Assembly: GCA_964016885.1 (NCBI GenBank)
Contig: OZ024742.1
Span: forward strand, 119,350,001-119,414,000
Length of the DNA stretch: 64,000 bases
Direction of reading: 5' to 3'
Source of the DNA: Eledone cirrhosa
Lineage: Eukaryota
The notes beneath the pieces were generated by a model, which worked only from the letters and a program-made list of their open reading frames with translations, was not told the DNA's origin and did no database searches. Positions 28,441-41,910 of this stretch are shown one piece after another. The stretch's first letter is position 1. Each line of letters starts with the position of its first letter. Both the position numbers and the translations under genes were made by a program.

Positions 28441-28706
28441 TAGGTATGTATTACCTGCCTGTGTGTTGTAGGTAGTCCTAGATGTATGTATTACCTGATT
28501 ATGTGTTGTATGTGGTCCTAGATGTGTGTGCTACCTCCTTATGTGTTGCATGTGGTCCTAGATGTGTGTATTACCTGCTTATGTGTTGTATGTGGTCCTA
28601 GATGTGTGTATTACTTGCTTATGTGTTGTATTTGGTCCTAGATGTTTGTATTACCTGATTATGTGTTGTATGTGGTCCTAGATGTGTGTGCTACCCGATT
28701 CTGTGT
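28441..28706. repeat. Minisatellite, 40-bp unit x ~6.5
   Basis: Unit atgtgttgtatgtggtcctagatgtgtgtattacctgctt recurs every 40 bp. Confidence 0.9.
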
Positions 28707-29479
28707 TTTTCTTTCTTTTTTTTATTTGTAATATTATTTATACAATAGGAAATAAAATAGATCTACATAGTGTTAACTCGTTACAGTTGAGTCAATAATT
28801 TCAGACATGAAATACATTGTTATCGGTGAAGGAAAGACAAGATTCTAACTGGCTGCGATTGAAGTGTCCTTGACCCAGTTGACTGGGTTTTTCCATTGTT
28901 CGGATCTCAATTGCCGGTTAATGTCTAAACACGCCTGCACACCTGCTCACAGCTGCGGCCAGCCCATAGTTATGCTGTCTGCATGCTGATTCAAATACAT
29001 TCACACTGGCTGTCTGAAAGACATACAAATATGGCTTATAAAACTTACCAAAGTAAAGAGCCTTCCAGTGCCCCCAAAGCTACAAACGCCCCCTAATGCC
29101 CATTGCTCCCAAACGCCCCCTGGGGGTGCATATGCCCCCCTGTTGAGGACCTTTGGTATAGGTGATATTATCAACGTCGATAGTATAGGCGAAATCTCAC
29201 AGACAGGAATGATTTCGTACAGATCTATCCACAAAAACCTCCACTTCATGTAATATATCGTCGACAGATTTTGATAATCGATCATTGTTACATGACGGCT
29301 TCCATCAATGCAGCTGGTTTCAGTATCGTTTCTAAAGTATCGATAGCTTCAGTATACAACAGCAGCTGCTCTGTAGGCAGACTAAATAGCCACCTATCGG
29401 TATCATTTCGAATCACATATTCATAACATATCACCCTTTTTGCATGTACTAAATGCTACTGGAATTGGAGACCTAGAGA

Positions 29480-30480
29480 GTCAACACATTAGAACGGGAC
29501 ACGTATGAGAGCCTTTTCAGTATACGTGGACGACATCGTTGTAATGGTGTTGGACACTACGGATGTCAGAACAACCCACACCCTACCGAAATCTGCTAGA
29601 TAAGTATCACTCTTCTTCTTCTTCTTCTTCTTCTTCTTCTTCTTCTTCTTCTTCTTCTTCTTCTTCTTCTTCTTCGCTCCCTTATTCCTGAGAGGGTTGT
29701 TTGGGGAAGAGTCCTCAAACACACCTTCCAGCCGGCCGTGTCAGAATCAATCGCCTCCAACCGATCCGGCTGGATCCCCAAGCGTGATCAGCCAAGCTCG
29801 CGGATGTCAGAACAACCCACACCCTACTGAAATCTACTAGATAAGTATCCCTCCTCTTCTAGAATATCCGAGGTGCTAGGAGTAACACGAATTCGTGTCA
29901 AAATTGTGGATTACTGGAGTGACAATCCTCTTAAAGTACTTGAGGTCTGGTTTTTGTAAAAGTACTTGAGGTTCAGTTCCTTTAAAAGTACTTGAGGTTC
30001 AGTTCCTTTAAAAGTACAAGGCTGCGAGCAGGATATATGCATATTTCAGCAAATAGAAGTATCCCGAAATGAAGCTACATTTGAAAGTTCGTCAGAAGTG
30101 AGCTCATATATCGTCTCCGTTATTCCTTACCACATGATCAATGTGTCATGCCCTAGTTTTCATTGGACCAGTTTGGATCTTCTGCTTTTAGCCTTTTGTT
30201 GAAGAAATGTGTTGCATTGATCTAAAGGTCTGTTTACTGCCAGCAGCTTCTGTACAGCAGGAACACTGTGCTGTAGTTGGGGATGGCCAGATGTGCACTG
30301 AGATCTCAACATCTGCAGAGCTTCTTGGGTGGTGAATATATGTGAGGTAGGTTTTTTTCTTGCAGCTCGTGTCATGGGTGGCGTTGCAGTCCTGGATCAA
30401 GAGATCAAGTTTGGGCGTATGACATCTGGAATTTTGTATGGCGCTCGCGGTTCTCAATAAAGGTATTTGCATGCCTATAC
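29480..30480 (+). pseudogene. Old degenerate L1/Tx1 ORF2 (RT) remnant
   Basis: SVYVDDIVVMV (YADD), WSDNPLKVLEVWF and YIVSVIPYH align with the Tx1 copy at 38560-39200. Confidence 0.6.
29612..29800 (-). mobile_element. RTE 3' fragment flanked by a ~60 bp duplication
   Basis: (GAA)n tail; 29560-29619 duplicated at 29801-29860. Confidence 0.8.
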
Positions 30481-31825
30481 GCTTTGAAAATAGCCGCTGC
30501 AGAAATATGGACTTAGGTGCTCACTATAGTCGTGTTAAAAGTCACGTAAACAAAACTGCCCCGACATAATCTCCAAATGAATATAAACTCAAACACTGTT
30601 AGATCATCAGCCTAAACACCTACACTTCTACAGTGGAAGACATAAAAGAATATTGTTGGAACCATGCATTTGAATTGTAAATAATGTTTCACTAACCAGA
30701 ACAACATCACCACCACCACCAACAACAACAACAATAACATCAATAACAACATTCTATCATTTTGTGCAATTATAGTGGTGATGGTGGTCGTGGTGAGTAT
30801 TTGCCTGCACGTGTGAATGAATGTTTCTATCTATATTCAGTTAAATAAAACCTGTTTATTTTTGTCTCTATGCAACACACACACGCACACACTCTTCCAC
30901 TCTTCCACTCTTCCACATACACACATAGATAAATATAAATAAACAAACATCTGATTTTTCTCACTCTTCTTTTGTGTTGCAATTAGTATTATATAATCAC
31001 GTTTCTTTAGCAGAGGGATCGACAATTGTTTGACTAACCATTTCCCACACGTGAGTCATCTATATGGTCTATGTAGGCCTCAAACATTGTAGAGTTTTCA
31101 TATGTATTGATCTTAATATATGATATAAGACCCATGTGTGATAAAAGTCAAAATTCGGGCCATTATAAAAAAAGTAGCTGGTCCCTATTTTAGCATAACA
31201 ATAGATACAAGTCTCTGTTATACGATAAAAATAATTAGTGTTTATCCCTTTAACAGTTTTGCTTGGTTTATACTGTTATATTTGGGGAGGGTCATGTTGT
31301 TATAATATTCCCAGAAATGTATAATAAAACACACTCACTGTTTGGTTTGGGTTGGTTTTCGCTTTAGCATATTTTATATTTCTATAATTAATACAGCTGG
31401 CAATCAATGTTTATCATTGATTAACCAACATGACCCTCTCCAAATATAACAATATTTGTTTCAACACATGATTTCATATCAAAAACCTTACAAAAAAAAA
31501 AAAATGATCGCCTTGATTTACACATTATTTCTTTAGTACTAGTTCGTATGTATGTATACGGGAAATTCATACATATTGGAAACATATTTCTCTTCTTGAT
31601 GTCGACGGAAAAATCATACATGTTGAAAAAATTATTTCTCTTCTTCAAACAAATGATATATACTTGCTTCTTCGTACGTCTTGGACACATGTTTTTGTTT
31701 ATGTTGTGTCTTCTGCCCTTTTTACGTCCCTCGAGCGTTTGAAACCCATCTCTAGCCTTGTTTTGTCATCGTCAGAAATCAATGTGATGTTACTACTGGT
31801 AGGTGATTCATCAGCTTTCTGGCCA

Positions 31826-32281
31826 TTTGTTCCTGACACTGATAATTATCAGTGTCAGGAACAAAGTTATTCCGAAGCTAATGTGAGCGCAGAAAAGAAA
31901 GCAATGAAACCAATAGTGCAGAGTAGAAATCCCTGTTGCTATACATGTGGGAATAAGAACTATATGGCGACTTTCTTCCTTAAGAATCTGGAACATCAAT
32001 CGAACAAAGAAAGCGGCAAAGAAGAACAAGGCTCTAAAAATGTTTTCAGAACATGATCTACCATCCTCCAGATATGGTAGATCATGTCCTGAAAACATTT
32101 TCAGAGCCTTGTTCTTTTTTGTCGCTTTCTTTGTTCGATTGATGTTCCAGATTCTTAAGGAAGAAAGTCGCCATGTAGTTCTTATTCCCACATGTATAGC
32201 AACAGGGATTTCTACTCTGCAATATTGGCTTCATTGCTTTCTTTTCTACGCTCACATTAGGTACAGCTTCGGAATAACTTT
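31826..32281. repeat. Double palindrome (40-bp perfect plus ~200-bp-arm fold-back) in a zinc-knuckle ORF1-like remnant
   Basis: tttgttcctgacactgataattatcagtgtcaggaacaaa; 31863-32064 vs 32073-32281; CYTCGNKNYM resembles a decayed CCHC knuckle. Confidence 0.85.
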
Positions 32282-33207
32282 ATGGTCTTGGGGAATTATC
32301 AGGACTTGCATGTCTATAAGTTCTCCATCTTCTTATGGCGTTTCACCTCTGTGTTCAGCACTTGTCAGTAATGTGCTGCAAGGGTGTCCAGTGGGCCAAA
32401 GATCAACGCCATTACCAATGTTTCTGATCATGAATGACCTTTGTATTTCATCTTTCCATATATTGCGGAACCAGCCATTTGGCGGTGTGATACGCACCAA
32501 CTCGGCTCATCACTTCGTAAGGATTTGGTAAAAGCAAGTGATAGGGTTCGAGTTTATTATAATTGTGAATCAAGGGCCAGGTGTTTCGTATTTAAGCATA
32601 TTTAACAATCGGTAAAGATGTTGATTTCACTTGAGCTTGATATATCAATTTAGTAGTGGATTAACCTTCCAGCTGGTGCAATAGGATGATGGATGAGACG
32701 GTGATGAAGTTCTTGGTCAGAACGATGTTGGACGAGGTGGTTCAATGCCGTGTTAATATATCATTCAAACATACCACTATCATCAACCCCCATACTAATC
32801 CCACGGTTAAAGAGAGCTATCAACTCCTCACCTACTCATCCCTCCATTAACATCACAGTTAGTGCCATCACAAAACACCACTCACCCATCATCATCAAAG
32901 GGAGTTTTGCTCTTAAAATTGCAAGGATAGTTTCTGTTAATATAAAACAGTAAAAATGTCGAAGGAAATATTTCATTTTTCCAACCCGAGGTAATAGGGT
33001 GGACACTCAAACGTCTTTTGCTGGCGGAACGACATAGAAATAACTTCCATTCTATCAGATTAAACTTGGTAAATCCAATTCTTTTATAGAGCTATACAAG
33101 TGATGTTCTATCATTGCAAACACCACCACCGCCAACAACAGTACTCCACTTGTACTTTATTTTATTGATTCGGGAAGGGTGAAAGACCAAAGTTGATTTT
33201 GTGCCCA

Positions 33208-33395
33208 ATGGATTGGCAGTATCGGTAGAGGGTCGGACAACATGCTTTGCAGCATGGAGTTACGGCCCTTTATGGTCTGAGTTCAAATCCCGCCGAGGCT
33301 AAATTTGCCTTTCATCCTTACGGGATCAATAAAATAAAGTACCAGTAATGTACTGGGGTAGTTGGTGGCCTTGTGCCAAAAGTAGAAACAATTAT
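33208..33395 (+). mobile_element. MetaSINE-like SINE
   Basis: Head, B box, core and tail all present. Confidence 0.88.
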
Positions 33396-34031
33396 TAATG
33401 TTGTAGTTATTGTTACCACAGTGTAGGTTTTTTTTGGAAAAAACTTAAGAAAATGTCTGTTCTGAACAACATAATTTATGTTTGACTGCGAAGCACACAT
33501 GTTTATATTGTATTTTTGTGTTTGTTAAAATCCGCATCTTGTCCCTCTTTCAGTGAGCGTTGTTTTGTTGCCTCAACGACACCTTTATACACTTAGTCAA
33601 ACTAAAACAAAGTTAAAAAAGTAAACTATAATTTTTACGAATATAAATTCATGAAAAAATTACTTGCCTTATAAAATAAATTATATGACACTTACATGTA
33701 AAATTCTTGGGAGGTTTTTGTTAATACCAAATCAAAACTAGTCAGCAGCGAAAAGAGAAGTAAAACACTATATAACAAGTATGCTGTTGACTTTCGGTGT
33801 AGGTGAGTCAGTTTTCATTCCCATTTTCTTTCATCATTTTACTGGTTTCAGTAATTCGACTGCAGCCATTCGAATACGTTGCTCCCACTGTAGTTTTTCA
33901 AGTCAGATCTTTATTTTATTTATCTCTCTTTTTTTTTGTCGAACAAATAGTTTTTGAGACATAATCAAATGATAATAATAATAATATCTCTTTTTTTGTT
34001 GAACAAATAGGTTTTGAGACATAATCAAATG

Positions 34032-34095
<64 letters not shown>

Positions 34096-34098
<3 letters not shown>

Positions 34099-37000
34099 TG
34101 ATCTGAATGCTGAGATAAATAATACCTGGAACAGAGATACGGCCACTGAGGAGATGAATGCTGACGGGCTAGGACAAGATTTGGTTGATATCCTAAACTT
34201 AGTGGTAGATGAATTGGACAATGATAGTGGGAGATCTATGAACCTAAGATTTGTAGACAGGAAAAAGTTAAAAGAAACAACAGCTAAGGTAAACAAAGTC
34301 ATCCCATACCTTGAGGCGGGGAGCCTTCACCAGTGCAACAATATCCTCAAATCAACAGAAAATACGGTGAGGAAACTTGGTATAAAAGCGAGAGGAAACA
34401 GCAGACAAGAAAGAGCAGAGCCTTGGTGGAAGAAACGACTGAGTGGTCAAATCAGGGAAATGAGAAATGACATTGGAAAGCTTGAGTCCCTACTGAATGG
34501 GACACTAAAAAACATAGACACTAGAAATAGACTGGAAATAAAGTACAAAACTAGGAGGAAAAAGCTAAATATTATCATAGAGGAACTGAAGCAACGCATT
34601 GTAGCAAAGAGTGCAGAAATCAGGCGATACGAGAACAGAGTCAGTCAGTATAGACAGAACCGCATGTTCGACAACAACCAGAAGATGCTGTTTGGACAGC
34701 TTGAAGGGAAAGAAAGAGGCAGCGACTTGATCCCTGAGGAGGAACGAACTAAAACATTCTGGAGAGGAATATGGGAGCAGGATGTTAAACATAATGACCA
34801 GACAGTGTGGATTGAGACAGTACAGAAGGAGATTAGTGAACAAGCACACCAACAAACTGATTTAGGTATCACAGTTGAAACTCTTAAGGGTCAGGCCAAA
34901 AAACTAACCACTGGAAATCACCAGGCCCAGATGGTGTGCAGGGGTATTGGATTAAAAATATAACATCCCTCCACCCGAAACTGACAACCATGTTCAATGA
35001 CTGCTTGATGTCAGGTGAGGTACCAGAGTGGTTGACAAAAGGTACCACAGTTCTGATAATGAAAGACCGAATCAAGGGTAATGATGTTACCAACTATAGA
35101 CCTATCACATGTCTGTCCGTAATGTGGAAACTGTTGACAAGCAACCATCACCTCCACACAAGCAACTTGTTACCGGACGAACAGAAAGGATGCCGAAAGA
35201 AGTCACGTGGTACAAAGGACCAGTTACTTATTGATAAGATGGTAATGAGGAATTGCAAGAGGAGACACACTGGTCTTGCCATGGGATGGATAGACTACAA
35301 AAAGGCATTTGACATGGTGCCTCATTCTTGGATCACCAAAAGCCTGGAGATCTTCAAGGTGGCAGATAACATCAGACAGTTGTTGGGCAAAAGTATGAAG
35401 TCCTGGGAAACAGAGTTAACATCAACTGGAGAATCCTTGGAAAGCGTGAAGATCAAGAGGGGTATCTTCCAGGGAGATAGTCTTTCCCCTCTGTTGTTTG
35501 TCCTTGCCCTGATGCCCCTGATCAGTGTACTGCGAAAAGTGAGAACAGGATACAGGTTGGGAAAGGGAGGGCTTAGCATCAATCAGCTCCTCTTCATGGA
35601 CGATCTTAAGCTCTTCGGGAAGAGTGAGAAGGAGTTGGATGTGCTTGTTGACACTGTCCGTATTTTCAGCAATGATATATGTATGCAATTTGGTATTAGT
35701 AAGTGTGAAGTCATTGTGATGAAGAGGGGTAAGTTGAGCAGAAGTAACGGAATCCAGGTACCAACAGGTGAGATGATAAAGGAAATTGACTCTGAAGAAG
35801 GATACAAGTATTTGGGTGTTCTGGAGGCTGATGACATCAAGAACAAAAAAATGAAGGAATTGATAAGAACTGAATACATTCGGAGAATAAGGAGCGTATT
35901 AAAGTCACATCTGAACAGTAGGAATGCCATAAGTGCAGTAAATTCCCGAGCTGTGTCTATTATTAGGTACAGTGCGGGAATTCTGAGATGGAATGTTGCT
36001 GAACAAAAAGAAATGGATAGGAAGACTAAGAAGCTATTGACTATCTACAACATGTCCCACAAGAGGAGTGATGTCGATAGACTCTACTTAAGGAGATCTG
36101 AAGGTGGAAGAGGTCTTATCAGCATAGAGGACTGTGTTCAGATGGAGAAAAACAACCTACACAAATACGTGACTGATAGTAAGGAGCCAATGCTCAGAAC
36201 TGTACTGAAGGAGGGGACAATAGGCCAGGGGATGTCCAAGGAGGAAATAACATCAAGGAGAAAGAGCAGCCTTCAGGAAAATCCCTTCATAGTACCTTCT
36301 TTGAGAAAACTGAATTTAGAGATCCACAGACATGGAACTGGTTGAAAAGAGGAGACCTTAAAAAGGCTACAGAAGGAATGTTAATGGCTGCGCAGGAGCA
36401 GGCCCTCAAAACGAAGTGGTTGAAACACCATATTTACAAGGAGGAGGCTAGCCCACTGTGCAGGATCTGTGGAGAGAGAGAGGAGACTGTGGCTCACATT
36501 GTATCCGAGTGTAAACACCTATCCCAGACCCACTATAAGGGCTGGAGACATGATGTGAGGGGCAGGGTGATCCACTGGCACCTATGCAGAGTAAACAATT
36601 TACCACATTCTGAGAAGTGGTATGAGCATAAGCCAGAGTCGGTGATAGAAAACGATCAGGTGAAGGTGCTGTGGGATTTTAGGATACAGACGGACAAGAA
36701 ACTGGAACACAATAGACCTGACCTGGTGGTTGTGGACAAAGAAAAATGATCGTGCCTGATTGTGGATGTGGCCTGCCCATTCGACACGAGAGTGCAAGAG
36801 AAGGAGAGGGAGAAAATTAACCGATACCAGGACTTAAAGTGGGAGGTAAAAAGGATTTGGAACTGCCATGAAGTCAAAGTGATCCCGATTGTCATAGGCG
36901 CACTAGGGACTATCTCAAAAAGTTTCCAGGGATGGTTAAAGAAAATTGGCCCCTACACGCTTTTTGGAACGCTTCAAAAGGCATGCTTGCTGGGAACAGC

Positions 37001-37106
37001 AAGAACCCTCCGATACGTCCTGAATATCTGAGGCTGCAGGTAGTGGCTTGATATTCATTTCAACAAACTTTCCAGTTAACTAACATCAATGACTGAGACT
37101 CAAAGA

Positions 37107-37107
<1 letters not shown>
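34096..37107 (+). mobile_element. R4/Dong-clade non-LTR retrotransposon (RT plus restriction-like endonuclease), 5' truncated, in (TAA)n
   Basis: EQKGCRK.SRGTKDQLLIDK, GIFQGDSLSP, FMDD, CCHC CRIC..ET..H..SEC, RHD and RPD..D..E.EK endonuclease motifs; two frameshifts and one stop. Confidence 0.93.
34936..36345 (+). pseudogene. Reverse transcriptase domain segment of the R4/Dong element
   Basis: 469-aa ORF with complete RT motifs; frameshifted from flanking ORFs. Confidence 0.88.
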
Positions 37108-37140
<33 letters not shown>

Positions 37141-37149
37141 TAATAATAA

Positions 37150-37540
37150 TAATAATAATGTTTTCTTTATTAACCACAAGGGTTTACATAAAGTAGACAT
37201 TAAGGACAGTACAGGACAATACAGGACGGTACAAATGGGCATTTCTGCGTGTAAAAAAAACAGAGGATGAAATAAAATAACAAAGAAAAATTCCCCAATA
37301 GGGGGGAGACTTCCGAGGGACATTTGTGGAGAAAGCCCATTAAAAGACCACAGTGACCCTGACCACCAGGGCAAGTGCCCTCTCCCAGTTTTCCACCTTT
37401 AATTTACAGACACATACTCAGAGAAGGCCCATTCATTCGGGCCATACTTGCTTCTCTCACCCATCTTTCAACAAAATGCTGGGAAGAGAGCACTTCCCTC
37501 TCTACCCTGATTTTCCTTTTCAAATGAAATTTGAAAAAGT
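37150..37540 (-). mobile_element. L1/Tx1 3' fragment
   Basis: FFKFHLKRKIRVEREVLSS C-terminus plus 3'UTR ending cccttgtgg..aataaagaaa(catta)n. Confidence 0.85.
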
Positions 37541-37544
37541 TAAT

Positions 37545-40500
37545 AATAATAATAATAATGATTTCTTTATTGGCCACAAGGGCTGACATCAAGAAAAACA
37601 TCACAGACGGAACAGGACGGTACGATGTGGGTTTTGTGCGTGTAAATATTTTTATTATTTATATAAGAAAAGAAAAAAGACATAAAACATATATATATAT
37701 AAACAATAAAATGACAATTGAAACAATGAAAAATTCCCCAATAGGGGGGAAACCTCTGGTTACTCGTGGCGAAAACCACACAAAAGACCACGGCCACCCT
37801 GACTACAAGGGCAAGCGCCCTCTCTCAATTTTTCCATCTCCCAAACTACAGACGTATATTCACTCGGACCATTCTCGCTACATTCACCCACCTTTCAACA
37901 AACTTGCTAGAAAGCAGCACTTGCCTCTCCACCCTGATTTTCCTCTTCAAGTGAAACTTGAAAAAGTTAATTAGGGATTCGCCGAAGAGGAAAGTGTTTG
38001 TCTTTAATCCTTTTAACCTTGTCCACCACACAATCTCTTTCGCCATGGCCACCAGGCAGATGAAAACCGCCTGCCCTTCCTCCTCAAAGGAAGACGGCGA
38101 GATCATCTGCACAATGGACTCAGTCGACAACCGGATCAGTCCCACACGTGACAGCAACTGTTCCACATAGCTCCACAAGTCAGCAATGCTCGGGCACTGA
38201 ACGAGTGCGTGCACAACGGTTTCGTTGCTATGCGCGCATCTCGGACAGGCTCGGATGACGGCACCTCCGTTCCTGTAGAACTTATCTCGAACCGGCAGCG
38301 CTCTCCGGTAGCACTGCCATGCCAGGGATTTTTGGAAGTTATCCATAGGCCCCGGGCTGAAAGTTCTCCGGGAGAGAGCAAACAGCTGATCTTCTTCGAC
38401 GCCCAGGATCTCTCCGAGAATGTCGTCGCTCTTCCCCTCCACTAGTCCTCTATAGAACGCCGAAGTGGATGTTCCACCGATACTGGTGCCCAACTGGGAG
38501 AGGGCAGTGAGCGCCTGGAGACATTCCAGTTTCCAAGCGCTATCCCTCGGTCTTTTTCTGACTCAGGACTGCAGCTCCGTCAAGGAGACGAGCTGTGGGA
38601 AAATGTGCCTGGCGAACGACGACCACACCCGTTCACCATCAAGGGAGCACCAGAGATGTCGCAGCCTCAGCGCATGTTTGCGCATCATCAGCCATGGCAT
38701 GCCCAGTCCTCCACGCAACGGGTGTTGACAGCAGATGGATCGTCTGACCATGGGAGCGCGTCGCTTCCACAAAAAGCGGAAGAGGAGGCGCTCCATTTTG
38801 ATGAGAGTTGGGCTGGAGCAAGGGACGACGGTGAGGCGGTAGCAGATGACGGATGCGATGTACGCAGTCGCCACTTCCGCCCGGCCTTTCAGGGACAGCT
38901 TCCTCTCAGCCCATTTCTGGGTGAGGGAGGCCACCCTGCTCGTCACCTCGTTCCAGTTTTTCTCCATCTGGAGGTCCGGTTCCAACCAGACCCCGAGCAA
39001 TTTAACCGGTACGTCCGTCCAACGCCCACGACGCTGTCGAACGGCATGGACTTTCCTCTCCAGGTGCCTAGCTGCAAGCCCACCGACTTTTCCTGGTTTA
39101 TCTTTGCTCCTGTCACCGCTTCGTATTCCTTGAGAGCGGTGCCGAGCATCTGGACGTGTCTGGTACTCGACACCACCACGGTGACGTCGTCAGCGTAAGC
39201 CGACTCGGATCTCCCGCATCCTAGTTCGCGTGTGACGCCCCTCATCGCCCCCAGTTTGTGCAGTAACGGCTCGAGAGCCAATACGTACAAGAGGGACGAG
39301 AGGGGACAACCCTGGCGGACTGAGCGCATGATGCTGAACGGCTGCGACAGGTGACCGTTCACCCTCACAACTGAGCAGATATCATGTACATTGCTGCGAT
39401 CCAACGCCTGAAAACGGGTCCGAAACCGGCTGCCTCGAGTATGGTCGACCCTATCGAATGCTTTGGATTGATCCAAGTTGATCAGGGCCCCACCCTTGCG
39501 AGGTTCCTTAACCACCCTCTCTATGATGTATCGCATGAGGTGGAGGTTGTCGTGTATGGATCTGTCCGGAATGGCGCATGTTTGCGCCTCTCTCACCAGA
39601 CCCTTGACGACAAGCGCCAACCTCGTTGCTAACACCTTGGCCAAAATCTTGAACTCTGCGTTTAGCAGGGTTATGGGCCTGAAATTATCAATAACATCCC
39701 CCTTGTTCGGGTCTTTTCTCAGCAGCGCCACTGCTCCCCGGCTCACAAAACTGGGAATGCTCCCGTTCTGCTGCCAGTTGCAGTAGACGTCTGCCAAGAG
39801 GTCACCGAACAAGTCTGGCATAAATTCATAAAGCTCGTTGGGCAGACCATCTAAACCTGGCGATTTACATCTTTTACATTGTGCAGTTAGCCATCGCTTC
39901 CCGTATTTCACCGGCTGTTATTGGCTTTTCGAAACACTGTGCTGCGGTCGTTGAGAGCCGAGGCAGTCCGTCGAGGTATGCACTGAAGTCCATGCCCCGA
40001 TCCACCCCGCCACCGCTCCCGAACAGTTCAGCAAAGTGCTGCTGAAAAGCTTCACATATCCGCTCGGGTTCGAGTATCACGCACCCGTTTTGGTCAGACA
40101 AAGACCGAATTGTGGCTTTATTGCCACGTCGCGCCTCTGCCACCCGGGCCCATTGGACGGCTTTTGTCCCCTCGTGTTTCAGAGCACGCGCTCTAGCTCT
40201 GACAACGCACAGCCTTAATGTTTTGCGTTGAAGAATTGGTCGAGTGCCGCAAGCACGTCGGTTGCGATGCCTGTCCTAAACGCCTCTTCTAGCTTTCTGA
40301 CTAGCTCTCCCTCTACTCTATTTTCCTCTAGCACTACTCCTTTGCTAAACCTAATCGACTCTACTTTAATTGCCCTTTTCAGGGCGAACCACCACCTGTT
40401 GTTGACGAGCGCTCCCGTCAACGCCCGCTTAACTAATACGCTAATCCGGTCTCTGTAGGCCTTGCGCGCCGGGAAAGACGCGTTCAGCTTCCAGTAACCA

Positions 40501-41908
40501 GGCTCTTGTCTATGAAGTCTGTCTATGTCGATCTCACAGATCACAAATTTGTGGTCTGTGTAGTCGACTATTTTAAATTGTGGACAACTTATACTAGCCT
40601 TATCTAGTTCCCTTCAGAATACTCTATCTAGATACGATCTGGATGATCCGATGCGGTTTGTCCATGTCCACATTGGCACATTCGGGTGATCCAGTCGATA
40701 CCTGTCAGACAGTTCAAAATGTCTGAGCAGGTTGGTGAGGCTCTTGCACCCTCCTCCCCTATCCACTAGCCCCACGCGATCCCAGCGTGCATCCAAGATA
40801 CCGTTCCAGTCGCCCACTAACACTAAAGAGCGGGACGTTCCAAGAAAGGTCTCTAGACGTCTGAAGAAATCTGGCCGTCCTGCCCCTGTTGGGGTGTAGA
40901 CGGCTACTAGCCTGAAAGCATTACCTTCGCTGCCGGTCACGTCCAGCACCACCGACTTACCTTCTGGGTTCAGGAAGATGGCCCGTATCGCGAGATCCAA
41001 GCCTCTCCGAAAAAGGACGGCAACCCTTCCCCCCGATCCTGGACGGCTGGGAGATGCGTATACATCGTAGCCGCCGAAGATCGGTGCGAAGACCCGTGCC
41101 TCGGAGATTCTGGTTTCACTGATGGCCACCACACCTATGTTTAGTGACCTGAGGTCATTGAGCAGGTGACCCTGCTTCCAAGATGACCCCCAGGCCACGT
41201 GCATTTATACAGCCATGTTGGATGAGAAGCGGGGCAAATGAGAAAGGGTCACTTACCTTGTTCGTGTGGTGAAGGGACAGTAGAACCGTCCCTTTCGCTG
41301 GTCATGGGTGTTTCCAAGAGGATGTCAGTGTATATCCTCTTGGTAACCGTCCCTCTGAAGTCTCCAACTGCGTTGGGGAATTTTTGTTTTAAAGGTTTGT
41401 ATTGTTCTATTGAGATTTCGATGATGCTTATGTTTGTCGGGAGAGTTCTTGGTGTTGGTGGGGTGTAGTAGTTTTTTCAGTGATGTCTGTGTGTTGCTTG
41501 ATATATTGTATGAGTTCTTTGCCATGTTAATGGCTGTGTACTTTTTGGGGGGAGGGGTGATTTTGTTGCTGTTTTCTTCTTGTTGCTGTTTGGTGTGTGT
41601 GTTTTGTTTTGTTTGCGTTGTTGGTGTTTTTGGTGATGCTGGTGGTGTGGTTGTTGTTGGCGGTGGTGCTTGTGGTGGTGATGGTGATGGTGGTGGTGTT
41701 GCTGCAAGTTTCCTTGCTACCTTTACCCCTCTTTGTGTGTCTTCGCTTTTGGAGGGTGAATCTAAGGGTTTTTTTGTTTTTTTGTTTTTTGTGGCAGACC
41801 GTTTGCCACTTCACTCCCGCCTCAAACTCCATGTCGGATTCTGTGACGTCTGGGAGGGGTATGTGCTCCACTGCTATTGGTGGTGGTAGTGGAGCCCTCT
41901 TCGGCAAT
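37545..41908 (-). mobile_element. L1/Tx1-clade LINE: near-complete frameshifted ORF2 and ORF1 3' end
   Basis: APE (VAISET, GDWN, SYLDRV), RT (KSPGLDGLP, FRPITLLN, KAFDRVDH, RQGCPLS, YADD), CCHC (CPRC..ETVVHAL..C). Confidence 0.93.
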
Positions 41909-41910
41909 TT

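Larger units (their letters stand above)
26577..29155 (-). mobile_element. hAT (Buster/ZBED5-like) DNA transposon, defective, with nested insertions
   Basis: TIRs cacaggttctcaac / gttgaggacctttg; 8-bp TSD GTATAGGT (nnnTAnnn) at 26569 and 29156. Confidence 0.9.

Noticed and set aside
31765-31820. CUGAUGA and CUGACGA on - strand
   Set aside because: No GAAA or stem III follows; lies in decayed LINE ORF1-like sequence.
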